Assembly: GCA_963823415.1 (NCBI GenBank)
Contig: CAWGLJ010000009.1
Coordinates: 247,748-311,747 of the forward strand
Direction: 5' to 3'
Length of the DNA: 64,000 nucleotides
DNA from: an uncultured Gammaproteobacteria bacterium
Lineage (GTDB): Bacteria; Pseudomonadota; Gammaproteobacteria; Steroidobacterales; Steroidobacteraceae
The translations under genes and the position numbers were made by a program. The notes beneath the pieces were generated by a model. It saw nothing but the letters and a program-made list of their open reading frames with translations. It was not told where the DNA came from and ran no database searches. This document shows positions 47,887 to 57,978 of the stretch, piece by piece; within the stretch, counting starts at the first letter, position 1, and each line of letters opens with the position of its first letter.

Positions 47887-49002
47887 GTGAGCGCGCGACG
47901 CTCGGCGGGTTCGGCGTCTCGCGCTTGCGGCCGCGCTGCGGCACTGGACTGCCGGCCGGCGGCGGCGCAGGAAGAAAAGGTCGTCAACGTCTACAACTGG
48001 GCCGACTACATCGGGCCGACGACGCTCGCCGACTTCGAGACGACGGACCGGAATCAAGGTGAACTACGACACCTACGATTCCAACGAGATCCTCGAGACC
48101 AAGCTGCTGACCGGGCGCACCGGCTACGACATCGCCGTTCCCTCGCTCACCAACTTCGAGCGGCTGGCCAATGCCGGCGCATTCCGCAAGCTCGACAAGG
48201 CGCAGTTGCCGAACCTGGCGAACATGGACCCCTGGGTCATGCGGAACATGGCGCTGAACGACCCGGACAATGCGTACGCCATTCCCTACATGTGGGGCAC
48301 GATCGGCATCGGTTACGTGCCGGAGCGCGTCGAGCGCGCGCTCGGGACCGCCACGATCGACAGCTGGAGCGCGGTGTTCGATCCTGCGGTCGCGTCGAAG
48401 CTCGCGTCATGCGGCATCGCGCTGCTGGATGCGCCGGAGGACGTCTTCGCTTCCGCGCTCGTCTACCTCGGCCGCGACCCGAACAGCGAGAAGGCGGAGG
48501 ACCTCGCGGCCGCAGAGGCGCTGCTGCTGCGCGTGCGCCCGTACTTCCGCTACATCGATCGCCTACCGGCACGTGGACGACCTCGCGAGCGGCGAGATCT
48601 GCGTGTCGCTCAGCTGGAACGGCCAGGTCATCCAGGCGCGGGAGCGCGGCGCCGAGGCGGCGAACCCCGTCGAAGTGGCCTATGCGAACCCGAAGGAGGG
48701 CTCGACGCTCTGGTTCGATGCGATCGGGATCCCGGCCGACGCGCCGCACCCCGAAAACGCGCACGCTTTCCTGAACTTCCTGATGGAGCCGGAAGTCATC
48801 GCGGCGATCAGCCAGCAGATCCGCTACGCGAACGGCAACGCCGCCGCGCGTGCGATCATGGACGAATCTCAAGGGCGACGACCCGCCGTGTATCCGCACG
48901 CCGGAGTACAGTGAAGACGCTGCATCCCGTCCAAGGCGTCACACGCCGGATTACAGCCGCGAGCTGAACCGCGCGTGGACGCGGTTCAAGTCGGGGCAGT
49001 GA
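47887..49002 (+). pseudogene. potF: PotF/SpuE-type binding protein (paralog 2); many frame changes
   Basis: EEKVVNVYNWADYIGPTTLADFE, NYDTYDSNEILETKLLTGRTGYDIAVPS...YMWGTIGIGY (ORF 48059), VDDLASGEICVSLSWNGQVIQAR...IPADAPHPENAHAFLNFLM (ORF 48270), and the tail YSRELNRAWTRFKSGQ*. Confidence 0.8.
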
Positions 49003-49011
49003 TTCTCGCGC

Positions 49012-50144
49012 ATGAGCCGATCCGCTGGTCGCCGCTCGTTCGCCGGCGCTGCACGCTCGCCGCCTGCGGCGGCGGCAGACGACACGCCGATGCAGCCCGC
49101 CGCCGAAGAGAAGGTCGTCCACGTCTACAACTGGGTCGACTACATCGGCCCGACGACGATCGCCGACTTCGAGGCGAGGACGGGCATCAAGGTCGTCTAC
49201 GACACCTACGATTCCAACGAGATCCTCGAGACCAAGATGCTGACGGGCCGCACGCGGCTACGACGTCGTGTTCCCGTCGGCTGTTCCGCTGGCGCGCCAG
49301 ATCGGGGCCGGCGCGCTCGGCAAGCTCGACAAGTCGAAGCTGCCGAACCTCGTCGAACATGGATCCCGTCGCCATGGAACGCATCGCGCTGCAACGACCC
49401 CGGCAACGCGCACGCAATCCCCTACATGTGGGGCACGGCGGGCATCGGCTACAACCCGGACCAAGGTCGCGAAGGTGCTCGGGCACCGACCGCATCGACA
49501 GCTGGAGCGCAGTCTTCGATCCGGCGATCGCATCGAAACTCGCGAAGTGCGGCATCGCGTTCATGGACGTGCCCGAGGACAACTTCATGATCGCGCGCAT
49601 CTACCTCGGGCCTGCGACCCGAACAGCCAGAACCTCGGAGGATCTCGCCGCGGCGGAGGCCCTGTTGCAAGCGGGCGCGGCCGTACATCCGGTACTTCAA
49701 CACCTCGCAGCTCGTGAACGACCTCGCGAGCGGCGAGATCTGCGTGGCCGTCAACTGGAACGGCTACATCATCCAGGCGCGCGACCGCGGCGCGGCGGCG
49801 GCGAACGCCGGTGAAGATCGTCTACGCGATCCCGAAGGAAGGCACGCTTCATCTGGTTCGACACGGCGGCCATGCCGGCCGACGCGCCGCACCCGGACAA
49901 TGCGCACGCCTTCCTGGACTACCTGATGGAGCCCGAGGTCATCGCGAAGGTCAGCAACCAGATCGGCTACGCGAACGGCAACCTCGCCTCCCTGCCGTTC
50001 CTGGACGCGCGGGTCCGGGACGATCCGGCCGTCTATCCGCCCGAGGAGATCGGTCGAGAAGCTGCATCCGGACACGACGCGACATCGCCGGCCTATATCC
50101 GCGAGGCCAGCCGCGCGTGGACTCGCATCAAGACGGGCCAGTAG
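49012..50144 (+). pseudogene. potF: PotF-type binding protein (paralog 3); many frame changes
   Basis: Lipobox TLAACGGG in one frame, then [122 protein letters not shown] and ..AWTRIKTGQ*. Confidence 0.8.
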
Positions 50145-50166
50145 ACTCCCGGTCCAAGGGGGAACC

Positions 50167-51315
50167 ATGGCCAGCCCACGACCAGACCAGAAGAACGAGC
50201 CCTGGAAGGACCCGGGCGCCCAGCCCTACGTACGGCTCGAGAAGCTGACCAAGAAGTTCGGCGACTTCGTCGCCGTCGACGACGTCTCCCTCAACATCTA
50301 CCGCAACGAGATCTTCTGCCTGCTCGGCGGCTCGGGCTCGGGCAAGACGACGCTGCTGCGCATGATGGCGGGCTTCGAGCGGCCGACGGAGGGCAAGATC
50401 TGGATCGACGGCGTGGACGTCACGGGCGCGCCGCCCTACGAGCGCCCGGTCAACATGATGTTCCAGTCCTATGCGCTGTTCCCGCACATGAGCGTGCAGA
50501 AGAACATCGCCTTCGGGCTGAAGCAGGACAAGGTCGCGACCCGCGAGGTCGACGAGCGGGTCGCGGAGATCCTGAAGCTCGTGCGCATGGAGCAGTTCGC
50601 GAAGCGCATGCCGCACCAGCTCTCCGGCGGCCAGCGCCAGCGCGTCGCGCTCGCGCGCGCGCTCGTGAAGCGCCCGAAGCTGCTGCTGCTCGACGAGCCG
50701 CTCGCGGCCCTCGACCGGAAGCTGCGCGAACACACGCAGTTCGAGCTGCTGAACATCCAGGAGACGCTCGGCGTCACCTTCGTGGTCGTGACCCACGACC
50801 AGGAGGAGGCGATGACGCTCGCCACGCGCATCGGCGTCATGAACCACGGCGAGATCGTGCAGATCGGCACGCCGTCGCGACATCTACGAGTACCCGGGCT
50901 CGCGCTTCGTCGCCGACTTCATCGGCTCGGTCAACATGTTCGAGGGCCGGATCGTCGAGGACGAGCCGGACTACGTGCGCGTCGACTCCAAGGAGCTCGG
51001 CGCCACCTTCCACGTCGGGCACGGCGTCAGCGCGGCGCCGGACGCGACTGTCTGGGTCGCGCTGCGGCCGGAGAAGATCGTCGCTCACGCGCGAGCGGCC
51101 GGAGGGCGACGGGCGACAACCGGGTCGAGGGCGTCGTCGCCGAGGTCGCCTACCGCGGCGACCAGTCCATCTACCTCGTCAAGCTCGCGAGCGGCCGGCA
51201 GATGCGCGTGACGCAGCCGAACACGCTGCGGCAGGGCGCGGGCGACCGCGTCCGCTGGGACGACCGCGTGTGGCTCTCCTGGGATTCCTCGAGCCCGGTG
51301 GTGGTCACGCAGTGA
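50167..51315 (+). CDS. potG: polyamine ABC transporter ATP-binding protein (PotG/SpuF type); the ORF is open, but ~50880-51090 reads correctly in another frame
   Basis: Walker [10 protein letters not shown], signature [15 protein letters not shown] and Walker B LLLLDEP are in frame. The central TOBE-domain text [31 protein letters not shown]...[10 protein letters not shown] lies in ORF 50936-51211. Confidence 0.9.
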   Translation: MASPRPDQKNEPWKDPGAQPYVRLEKLTKKFGDFVAVDDVSLNIYRNEIFCLLGGSGSGKTTLLRMMAGFERPTEGKIWIDGVDVTGAPPYERPVNMMFQSYALFPHMSVQKNIAFGLKQDKVATREVDERVAEILKLVRMEQFAKRMPHQLSGGQRQRVALARALVKRPKLLLLDEPLAALDRKLREHTQFELLNIQETLGVTFVVVTHDQEEAMTLATRIGVMNHGEIVQIGTPSRHLRVPGLALRRRLHRLGQHVRGPDRRGRAGLRARRLQGARRHLPRRARRQRGAGRDCLGRAAAGEDRRSRASGRRATGDNRVEGVVAEVAYRGDQSIYLVKLASGRQMRVTQPNTLRQGAGDRVRWDDRVWLSWDSSSPVVVTQ

Positions 51316-52287
51316 GCAAGCCCTTCCTGCTGGGCGAGCTGATGGCCTGGATCCGCGCGCACGGGCCCTGGCGCTGGGCCTCGCAGGGACTGCGCTCGCG
51401 CGGCTATTCGGGTCGCACGCTGGTCACGGCGGTGCCGTACCTGTGGCTGCTGCTGTTCTTCCTGGCGCCGTTCCTGATCGTGCTCAAGATCTCGGTGTCC
51501 GAGATGCAGCTCGCGATGCCGCCCTACCAGCCGCTCGTCACCTGGATCTCCGACGGCGTCGTCGCCCTCCGGATCAGCTTCGAGAACTACGCGTTCCTGC
51601 TGAAGGACTCGCTGTACTGGAAGTCCTACCTGAACTCGATCACGACGGCCGCGATCTCGACCGTGATCTGCCTGCTGATCGGCTACCCGATGGCCTACGG
51701 CATCGCGCGCAGCCCCGCCGCCTGGCGGAACCTGCTGCTGCTGCTCGTCATGCTGCCGTTCTGGACCTCGTTCCTGCTGCGCGTCTACGCGTGGATCGGC
51801 ATCCTCAAGAACAACGGCGTGATCAACAATGTGCTGATGGCGCTCGGGATCATCGACGAGCCGATCGTCATGCTGCAGACGAACTTCGCCATGTACATCG
51901 GCATCGTCTATTCCTACCTGCCGTTCATGGTGCTGCCGCTCTACACGGCGGTCGAGAAGCTCGACAACTCGCTGCTCGAGGCGGCGGCCGACCTCGGCTG
52001 CCGGCCGGTCAAGGCCTTCTTCCTGCATCACGGTGCCGCTCACCAAGGCCGGCATCATCGCCGGCTGCATGCTGGTCTTCATCCCGGCGGTCGGCGAGTT
52101 CGTGATCCCGGCGCTGCTCGGCGGGCCCGACGCGCTGATGATCGGCCGCGTGCTGTGGGAGGAGTTCTTCAACAACCGCGACTGGCCGGTGGCGAGCGCG
52201 GTCGCGATCGCGATGCTGCTGCTGCTCGTGGTCCCGATCATGATCTACCAGCGCTCGCAGGGGCAGCAGCTCGGGGGCCACCCGTGA
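51312..52287 (+). pseudogene. potH: polyamine ABC transporter permease (PotH/SpuG type); one frame change near 52025
   Basis: LWLLLFFLAPFLIVLKIS..., LEAAADLGCRPVKAFF (EAA loop) lies in ORF 51270. The sequence continues as PLTKAGIIAGCMLVFIPAVGEFVIPALLGG in ORF 52033-52287. Confidence 0.85.
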
Positions 52288-53127
52288 ACGGCTCCCGCTC
52301 GCGGTTCGTGACGGCGATGATGATCGCCGGATTCCTGTTCCTGTACCTGCCGATCGTGCTGATGATCGTCTTCTCCTTCAACGAGTCGCGCCTGGTGACG
52401 GTCTGGGGCGGGTTCTCGACGAAGTGGTACGGCGAGCTGTTCCGCAACCAGCAGATCCTCGGCGCCGCCTGGCTGTCGTTCAAGATCGCGGCGATGAACG
52501 CGACCGGCGCGACCGTGCTCGGCACGCTGGCCGGCCTCGCGCTCACGCGCTTCGGCCGCTTCCGCGGCCGGCCGCTGCTGACCGGGCTCGCGACCGCGCC
52601 GCTGGTGATGCCCGAGGTGATCACCGGGCTCTCGCTGCTGCTGCTGTTCGTCGCCATGGAGCAGGCGATCGGCTGGCCGGAGGGTCGCGGCATCACGACC
52701 ATCACGATCGCGCACATGACGTTCTCGATGGCCTACGTCACGGTCGTCGTGCAGTCGCGCCTCGCCACGCTCGACGAGTCGCTCGAGGAGGCCGCGATGG
52801 ACCTCGGCGCGCGGCCGGCCAAGGTGTTCTTCCTGATCACGCTGCCGATCATCCTGCCGGCGATCCTCGCGGGCTGGCTGCTCGCCTTCACGCTCTCCTG
52901 GGACGACCTCGTGATCACGAGCTTCGTCACGGGCCCGGGCTCGAGCACGCTGCCGGTGGTGATCTTCTCGAAGGTGCGGCTCGGCGTGAGCCCGGACATC
53001 AATGCGCTGGCGACGCATCCTGGTGCTGTTCGTCGCGATCTTCACCACGGTCTTCGGCCTGTACATGATCCGCCAGCAGAAGCGGCGCGACCTGGAAGTG
53101 CAGCGAGCCGTCGCGGCCAACGAGTGA
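52284..53127 (+). pseudogene. potI: polyamine ABC transporter permease (PotI/SpuH type); one frame change near 53010
   Basis: FLFLYLPIVLMIVFSFNES..., EEAAMDLGARPAKVFFLITLPII, FVTGPGSSTLPVVIF. The last ~35 residues are in another frame and end at TGA 53125-53127. Confidence 0.85.
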
Positions 53128-54272
53128 TGCCGGACTCGAAGCTCCCCCGGGTCGGCACCACGATCTTCACGGTGATGTCGCGGCTCGCGGCCGAGACCGG
53201 CGCGATCAACCTCGGCCAGGGCTTCCCGGACTTCCAGCCGCCGGAGCGGCTGCGCCAGCTCGTGGCGCGAGCACCTCGCCGCCGGGCACAACCAGTACGC
53301 GCCGATGGCCGGCCTGCCGGCGCTCTGCGATGCGATCGCGGAGTCGGCGCTGCGCCGGCACGGCTGGCGCATCGACCCGGCGACGGAGATCACGGTGACC
53401 GCGGGCGGCACGGAGGCGATCTTCGCGGCGATCCATGCGGTCGTGCGCGCGGGCGAGGAAGTGATCCTGCTCGACCCGAGCTACGACTCCTACGGTCCCG
53501 CGGCCGAGCTCGCCGGCGCGCGCGTCGTGCACGTGCCGCTCGCGATCGCGGATTTCGGCATCGACTGGCAGCGCCTCGCGCAGGCGATCACCCCGCGCAC
53601 GCGCCTGCTGATCGTCAACACGCCGCTCAACCCGGCGGGCTCCGTGCTGACCGCCGCGGACTGGGACCGGATCGCGGACCTGCTCGAAGGACGGGACGTC
53701 TTCGTGCTGTCGGACGAGGTCTACGAGGCGCTGGTCTTCGACGGCCGTCGTCACGCGGGCGTGCTCGGCAACGCGCGCCTGCGCGATCGCGCCTTCGCCG
53801 TGTTCTCCTTCGGGAAGACCTACAACGCGACCGGCTGGAAAGTCGGCTACTGCGTCGCCGCGCCGCCGCTCACCGCGGAGTTCCGCAAGGTGCACCAGTT
53901 CCTGACTTTCGCCGTGTCGACGCCGGTGCAGTACGCGATCGCGGATTTCATGCGCGAGCAGCCGGGCTTCGCGGACGGCCAGGCGCCTTTCTACCAGGCG
54001 CGCCGCGACCGCTTTGCGGAGCTGCTCGACAGGCTCACGCTTCCGGCTCGCGGCCCGTCCATGGGACATATTTCATGCTGGCCGACTATTCGGCGGTCTC
54101 CGACCTGCCGGATACGGCATTCTGCGAGGAATTGACGCGCCGCCACGGGGTCGCGGCCATTCCCTTGTCGCCCTTCTGCGACGAGATTCCTGCAGCGCGC
54201 ATCGTCCGTTTCTGCTTTGCTAAGGAGGACAGCACGCTGGAGGCCGCGGCGGCGAAACTTCGCGCCGTGTGA
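53127..54272 (+). pseudogene. class-I/II PLP aminotransferase (YbdL/methionine aminotransferase-like); at least three frame changes
   Basis: MPDSKLPRVGTTIFTVMSRLAAETGAINLGQGFPDF.., NQYAPMAGLPAL, NTPLNPAGSV, FSFGKTYNATGWKVGY (PLP Lys), and the tail GTYFMLADYS...IRFCFAKE. Confidence 0.8.
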
Positions 54273-54309
54273 GCGGTCAGCAGAGAAGGCCCACGCAAGG
54301 AACGCGCCC

Positions 54310-55565
54310 ATGAATCCCCGCAAAGCAGTGCCCGCCGCCGTCGCGCTCGCGCTCGTCGCCTGCGGCGGCGGCGATGGCGACGGCGGCAACGTCCCGCCGC
54401 CGGACTCCGGACCGCCTTCCTGCGCCACCGGGCTCGAGACGCCGCGCGCCTTCGCGAGCCTCGCGTTCGACTCGCCGATCGCGATGAAGCAGGCGCCGAA
54501 CGACGCCTCGCGCTGGTTCGTGGCCGAGCAGGGCGGACGGATCCGCGCGTTCGACAACGACCCGGACGCGGACACGGCCGCCGACTTCGTGGACCTGCAG
54601 CGGCCGCGTGCACGCTGAGCGGCGAGGCCGGCCTGCTCGGCATGGCCTTCCACCCGGACTTCGCGACGAACGGCCTGGTCTACCTCAACTTCAGCGAGCT
54701 GGTCGGCGGCGTGGTGCGCTCGGTGACGGCGGAGTTCGCGAGCGCGGACGGCGGCCAGACGCTCGCGCCGGCTTCCGAGCGCGTGCTGCTGACGGTCACG
54801 AAGCCGGCGACCAACCACAACGGCGGCAACCTCGAGTTCGGCCCGGACGGCTTCCTCTACGTCGGCCTCGGCGACGGCGGCGGCTCCGGCGACCCGCAGG
54901 GCAACGCCCAGAACCCGCAGCGCCTGCTCGGCAAGATGCTGCGCATCGACGTGGACACGCGGCCGGGCGGCGCGCCCTACGGAATCCCGCGCCGGCAACC
55001 CGTTCGCGGCGAACCCGCTCTGCAACGCCGGCGGCACCGGCCTGCAGAACTGCCCGGAGATCTATGCGACCGGCTTCCGCAATCCCTGGCGCTGGAGCTT
55101 CGACCGGCAGAACGGCGATCTCTGGGTCGGCGACGTGGGCCAGGGAAACTGGGAAGAGATCGACCTCGTCGTGGCCGGCGGCAACTACGGCTGGGACATC
55201 CGCGAGGGCGCGCACTGCTTCGAGCCCGCGAGCGGCTGCCAGACCGCGGGCCTCATCGACCCGGTCGCCGAGTACGACCACGACGCCGGCTTCTCGATCA
55301 CCGGCGGCTACGTGTACCGCGGCGGCCAGGCGACCGACGGTCGCGGGCCGCTACGTGTTCGGCGACTTCGGCGGCATGATTTCCTCGCTCGCGCCGGACG
55401 GCGTCGGGCGGCTTCGACATCGTCGAGCACGTGCCGCAGGGCTGCGCGCCGGAAGGCGCGACGGGCGCCCTCAGCATCTCGTCGTTCGCCGAGGACCTGG
55501 ACGGGGAGCTGTACCTGCTCGATTACGGCCGCGGCGAGATCCGCGAGCTCCAGTTCACGGATTGA
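54310..55565 (+). pseudogene. PQQ-dependent (soluble) sugar dehydrogenase lipoprotein, YliI/sorbosone-dehydrogenase family; several frame changes
   Basis: Lipobox LALVACGG; GLLGMAFHPDFATNGLVYLNF; NHNGGNLEFGPDGFLYVGLGDGGGSGDP; LGKMLRIDV; GFRNPWRWSFD..GDLWVGDVGQGNWEEI; GGNYGW; ITGGYVYRG. Confidence 0.8.
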
Positions 55566-56797
55566 CGACCCCGGCGCTCAGGCGGCGTCGAGCGCCTTCT
55601 TCGCGCGATTCCTGGCTGCCTGCCGGCAGCGGCTGGTCGGCGCTCCTGCGCATCACGCGGCCGTACACGCCGCGCCCGGAATTGCGGCGCGTCATGACGA
55701 GCTGCCACAGGTGCAGCTTCTCGACGTCGAAGGCCGCCTTGCAGGACATCAGGTAGTAGTTCCACAGCCGGCGGAAGCGCTCGTCGAAGGGCCGCTTCGT
55801 CGGCAGCGCGCGGATCCGGTCCCAGTTCGCGTTGAAGCGGTCGTACCAGGCCTGCAGCGTCGGCACGTAGTAGTGACCGTAGTTCTCCCAGTCCTCGATC
55901 ACGAACTTGCCCTCGGCCGCATCCGACAGCTGCTGCATCGCCGGGACCATCGAATTCCGGAAGATGTACTTCTCGATCCAGGGATCGACGACCGTCGTTT
56001 CCTCGCAGTTGCCGATCGTGTGCAGCAGGAACAGGCCGCCCGGCTTCAGCATCTGGTGCACGACGTCCATGATGCCGGCGTAGTTCTTGTAGCCGACGTG
56101 CTCGATCATGCCGACGATCGAGATCTTGTCGAAGGGCGCGAGGCCCGATTCCGGCAGGTCGCGGTAGTCGAGCCGCTTGATCGTGACCGGCAGGCCCTTC
56201 GTGTACTCCACCGCGTAGCGGATCTGCTCGTCCGAGAGGCTGATGCCCGTGACTTCGCAGCCGCGGGTCTGGGCCGCGTACTTCGCGAAGCCGCCCCAGC
56301 CGCAGCCGATGTCGAGCAGCGCGGTCGCCGGCCTTGAGTTCCAGCTTGTCGCAGAGCATCTCGAGCTTGATGACTTCGGCGCGCTCGAGGTCCGTCGTGC
56401 CGTCGAAGAAGCAGCAGGTGTACTGGTTCCAGGGCCCGAGGAAGAGCGCGTACATCCGGTGGTCGATGTCGTAGTGCTCTTCCGCGACGGCGCGCGAGCG
56501 GCGTTTCGTCTGCAGGTTCGTCAGCCGGGCTTGCAGCGCCTTCAGGGCGCCGGCGGCGCGGACCAGCAGCCGCTGCTGGGCATCCGAGCTGAGGACGCGG
56601 CGGAACATCTCGTCGAGGGCGTCGCAGTCCCAGTCGCCGTCCATGTACGACTCGCCGATGCCGAGCGAGCCGCGCAGCGCGCGGCGGTACAGGCGGTCGT
56701 TACGGACCTGGATGTCCCAGGGCCGGTCGCCGCCGATGGCAACGCCCGAACCCGCGAGCAGGGATTCCAGCAGCGGCTTGAAGAGGCGGTTGCTCAT
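55555..56797 (-). pseudogene. cfa: cyclopropane-fatty-acyl-phospholipid synthase; one frame change near 56330
   Basis: The N-terminus lies in ORF 55523-56797 (..RSRAVAEEHYDIDHRMYALFLGPWNQYTCCFF). The SAM domain and C-terminus lie in ORF 55555-56211 (KISIVGMIEHVG, GGLFLLHTIG, IEKYIFRNSMVP). The GCGWGG motif sits at the junction. Confidence 0.85.
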
Positions 56798-56837
56798 GGC
56801 GAGGCCGGCGGCATTTTAAACCGAGGCGGGCGTAGAA

Positions 56838-56858
56838 TGTCACGGCCCGGCCGTGACA
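56838..56858. promoter_or_regulatory. perfect 21-bp palindrome TGTCACGGCC-C-GGCCGTGACA just after a TAGAAT hexamer
   Basis: It has 10-bp arms and lies in the 78-bp spacer between the divergent cfa and the hypothetical gene at 56876. It could be an operator or an RNA hairpin. Confidence 0.35.
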
Positions 56859-56875
56859 GGCTCAGGGACGTCGGA

Positions 56876-57360
56876 ATGAGCAGACGTCCGTCCTGGCGCG
56901 CTCGCCTTGCTGGCCATCCTCACGCTGGTCGTGCCGGCCGCCCATGGCCAGCTCCTGCCGGACGCCGATGCGCGCGAAGTCCAGAACTACGTGCTGACCG
57001 AGGCGGGTCTCGCCCGGTACACGCAGGCGACGCGCAGCCTGAACGGCGTGCAGATTCCAGGACTGCGACGACGACTCGGAGGTCAGCAGCCTCGCCGAGG
57101 CGGCGGCGAAGATCGACGCCGAGCCGCGTGCAAAGGCCGCGGTCCAGGCGGCCGGCATGACCAGCCGGGAGTACGTCGTGTTCGTCTTCTCGCTGGTCCA
57201 GAACGGCCTTGCGTCGTACACGCTGCAGACGCCGGGCGCGAAACTGCCGGCCGGCGTTTCCATGGCGAACGTGGAGTTCTTCCGGAAGCATGCGGCAGAG
57301 CTGGAAAAGCTCGCCGCGGAAACCGAAGTCGAAAGCTGCGAAGAAGAAGCGGGCGATTGA
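56876..57360 (+). pseudogene. hypothetical secreted acidic protein; two frame changes
   Basis: ATG 56876. The signal-like LALLAILTLVVPAAHG and QLLPDADAREVQNYVLTEAGLARYTQATRSLNGVQIP lie in ORF 56907. The sequence then reads DCDDDSEVSSLAEAAAKIDAEP...MTSREYVVFVFSLVQNGLASYTLQ...FFRKHAAELEKL in ORF 57157-57360. Confidence 0.5.
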
Positions 57361-57366
57361 ACCCGG

Positions 57367-57834
57367 TCAGCTCCTCGCGAGCGGCAGCACGGTCGATTCC
57401 TTGATCACCGTGACGACGATCGACGAGTTCACCGACTGCACGTTGGGGATGCGCGAAAGGTGATCGAGGAAGAAGGCCTCGTATTCCTTCATGTCGTGCG
57501 TGACGATGCGCAGGTGGAAATCCCACTCGCCGGTCAGCGTGCAGCAGTCGAGCACCTCGGGCCGGTCGCGGATCGCGCGCTCGAACTGGGCGAGGGCGTC
57601 GCGGCCCTGGCTGCGCAGCTTCACGTGCACGTACACCATCACGTCGAGCCCGAGCGCCGTGCGGTCGAGCAGGGCGACGCGCCGGCGGATCACGCCGTCG
57701 GTTTCGAGCTGCTGGATGCGCCGCCAGCAGGTGGTATTGGAAAGTCCGAGTTTGGTCGCGACGTCCGCCGCCGACTGGGCGCCGTCGCGCTGCAGCTCGT
57801 CGAGAATGCGGCGGTCCGTAGAGTCGATAGACAT
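57367..57834 (-). CDS. bkdR: Lrp/AsnC-family transcriptional regulator (BkdR-like)
   Basis: From ATG 57834: MSIDSTDRRILDELQRDGAQSAADVATKLGLSNTTCWRRIQQLETDGVIRR.., plus a RAM/AsnC_trans_reg C-terminal domain. It is divergent from bkdA1 across an A/T-rich spacer. Confidence 0.85.
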   Translation of the reverse strand: MSIDSTDRRILDELQRDGAQSAADVATKLGLSNTTCWRRIQQLETDGVIRRRVALLDRTALGLDVMVYVHVKLRSQGRDALAQFERAIRDRPEVLDCCTLTGEWDFHLRIVTHDMKEYEAFFLDHLSRIPNVQSVNSSIVVTVIKESTVLPLARS

Positions 57835-57978
57835 TGAAAGATTTGTCTCATTTTCGTGACAAAAACGCAATGATTCTTTCACTATTTTGCAGGACAGCAC
57901 AAGAAACCACCGTCGGGCCTGCGACGACGGGTACGATGCGCGGCTAAGCCCGGGCCTGCCGCGCAGCGAGGGAGCCGA

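Noticed and set aside
51270-54272. A 1000-aa + strand ORF that looks like a giant fusion of permeases and an aminotransferase
   Set aside because: It is a chance concatenation. Parts of potH, potI and the aminotransferase happen to share a frame because of indels and one-base start/stop overlaps, and the true stops (52285-52287 and 53125-53127) lie in the neighbouring frames.
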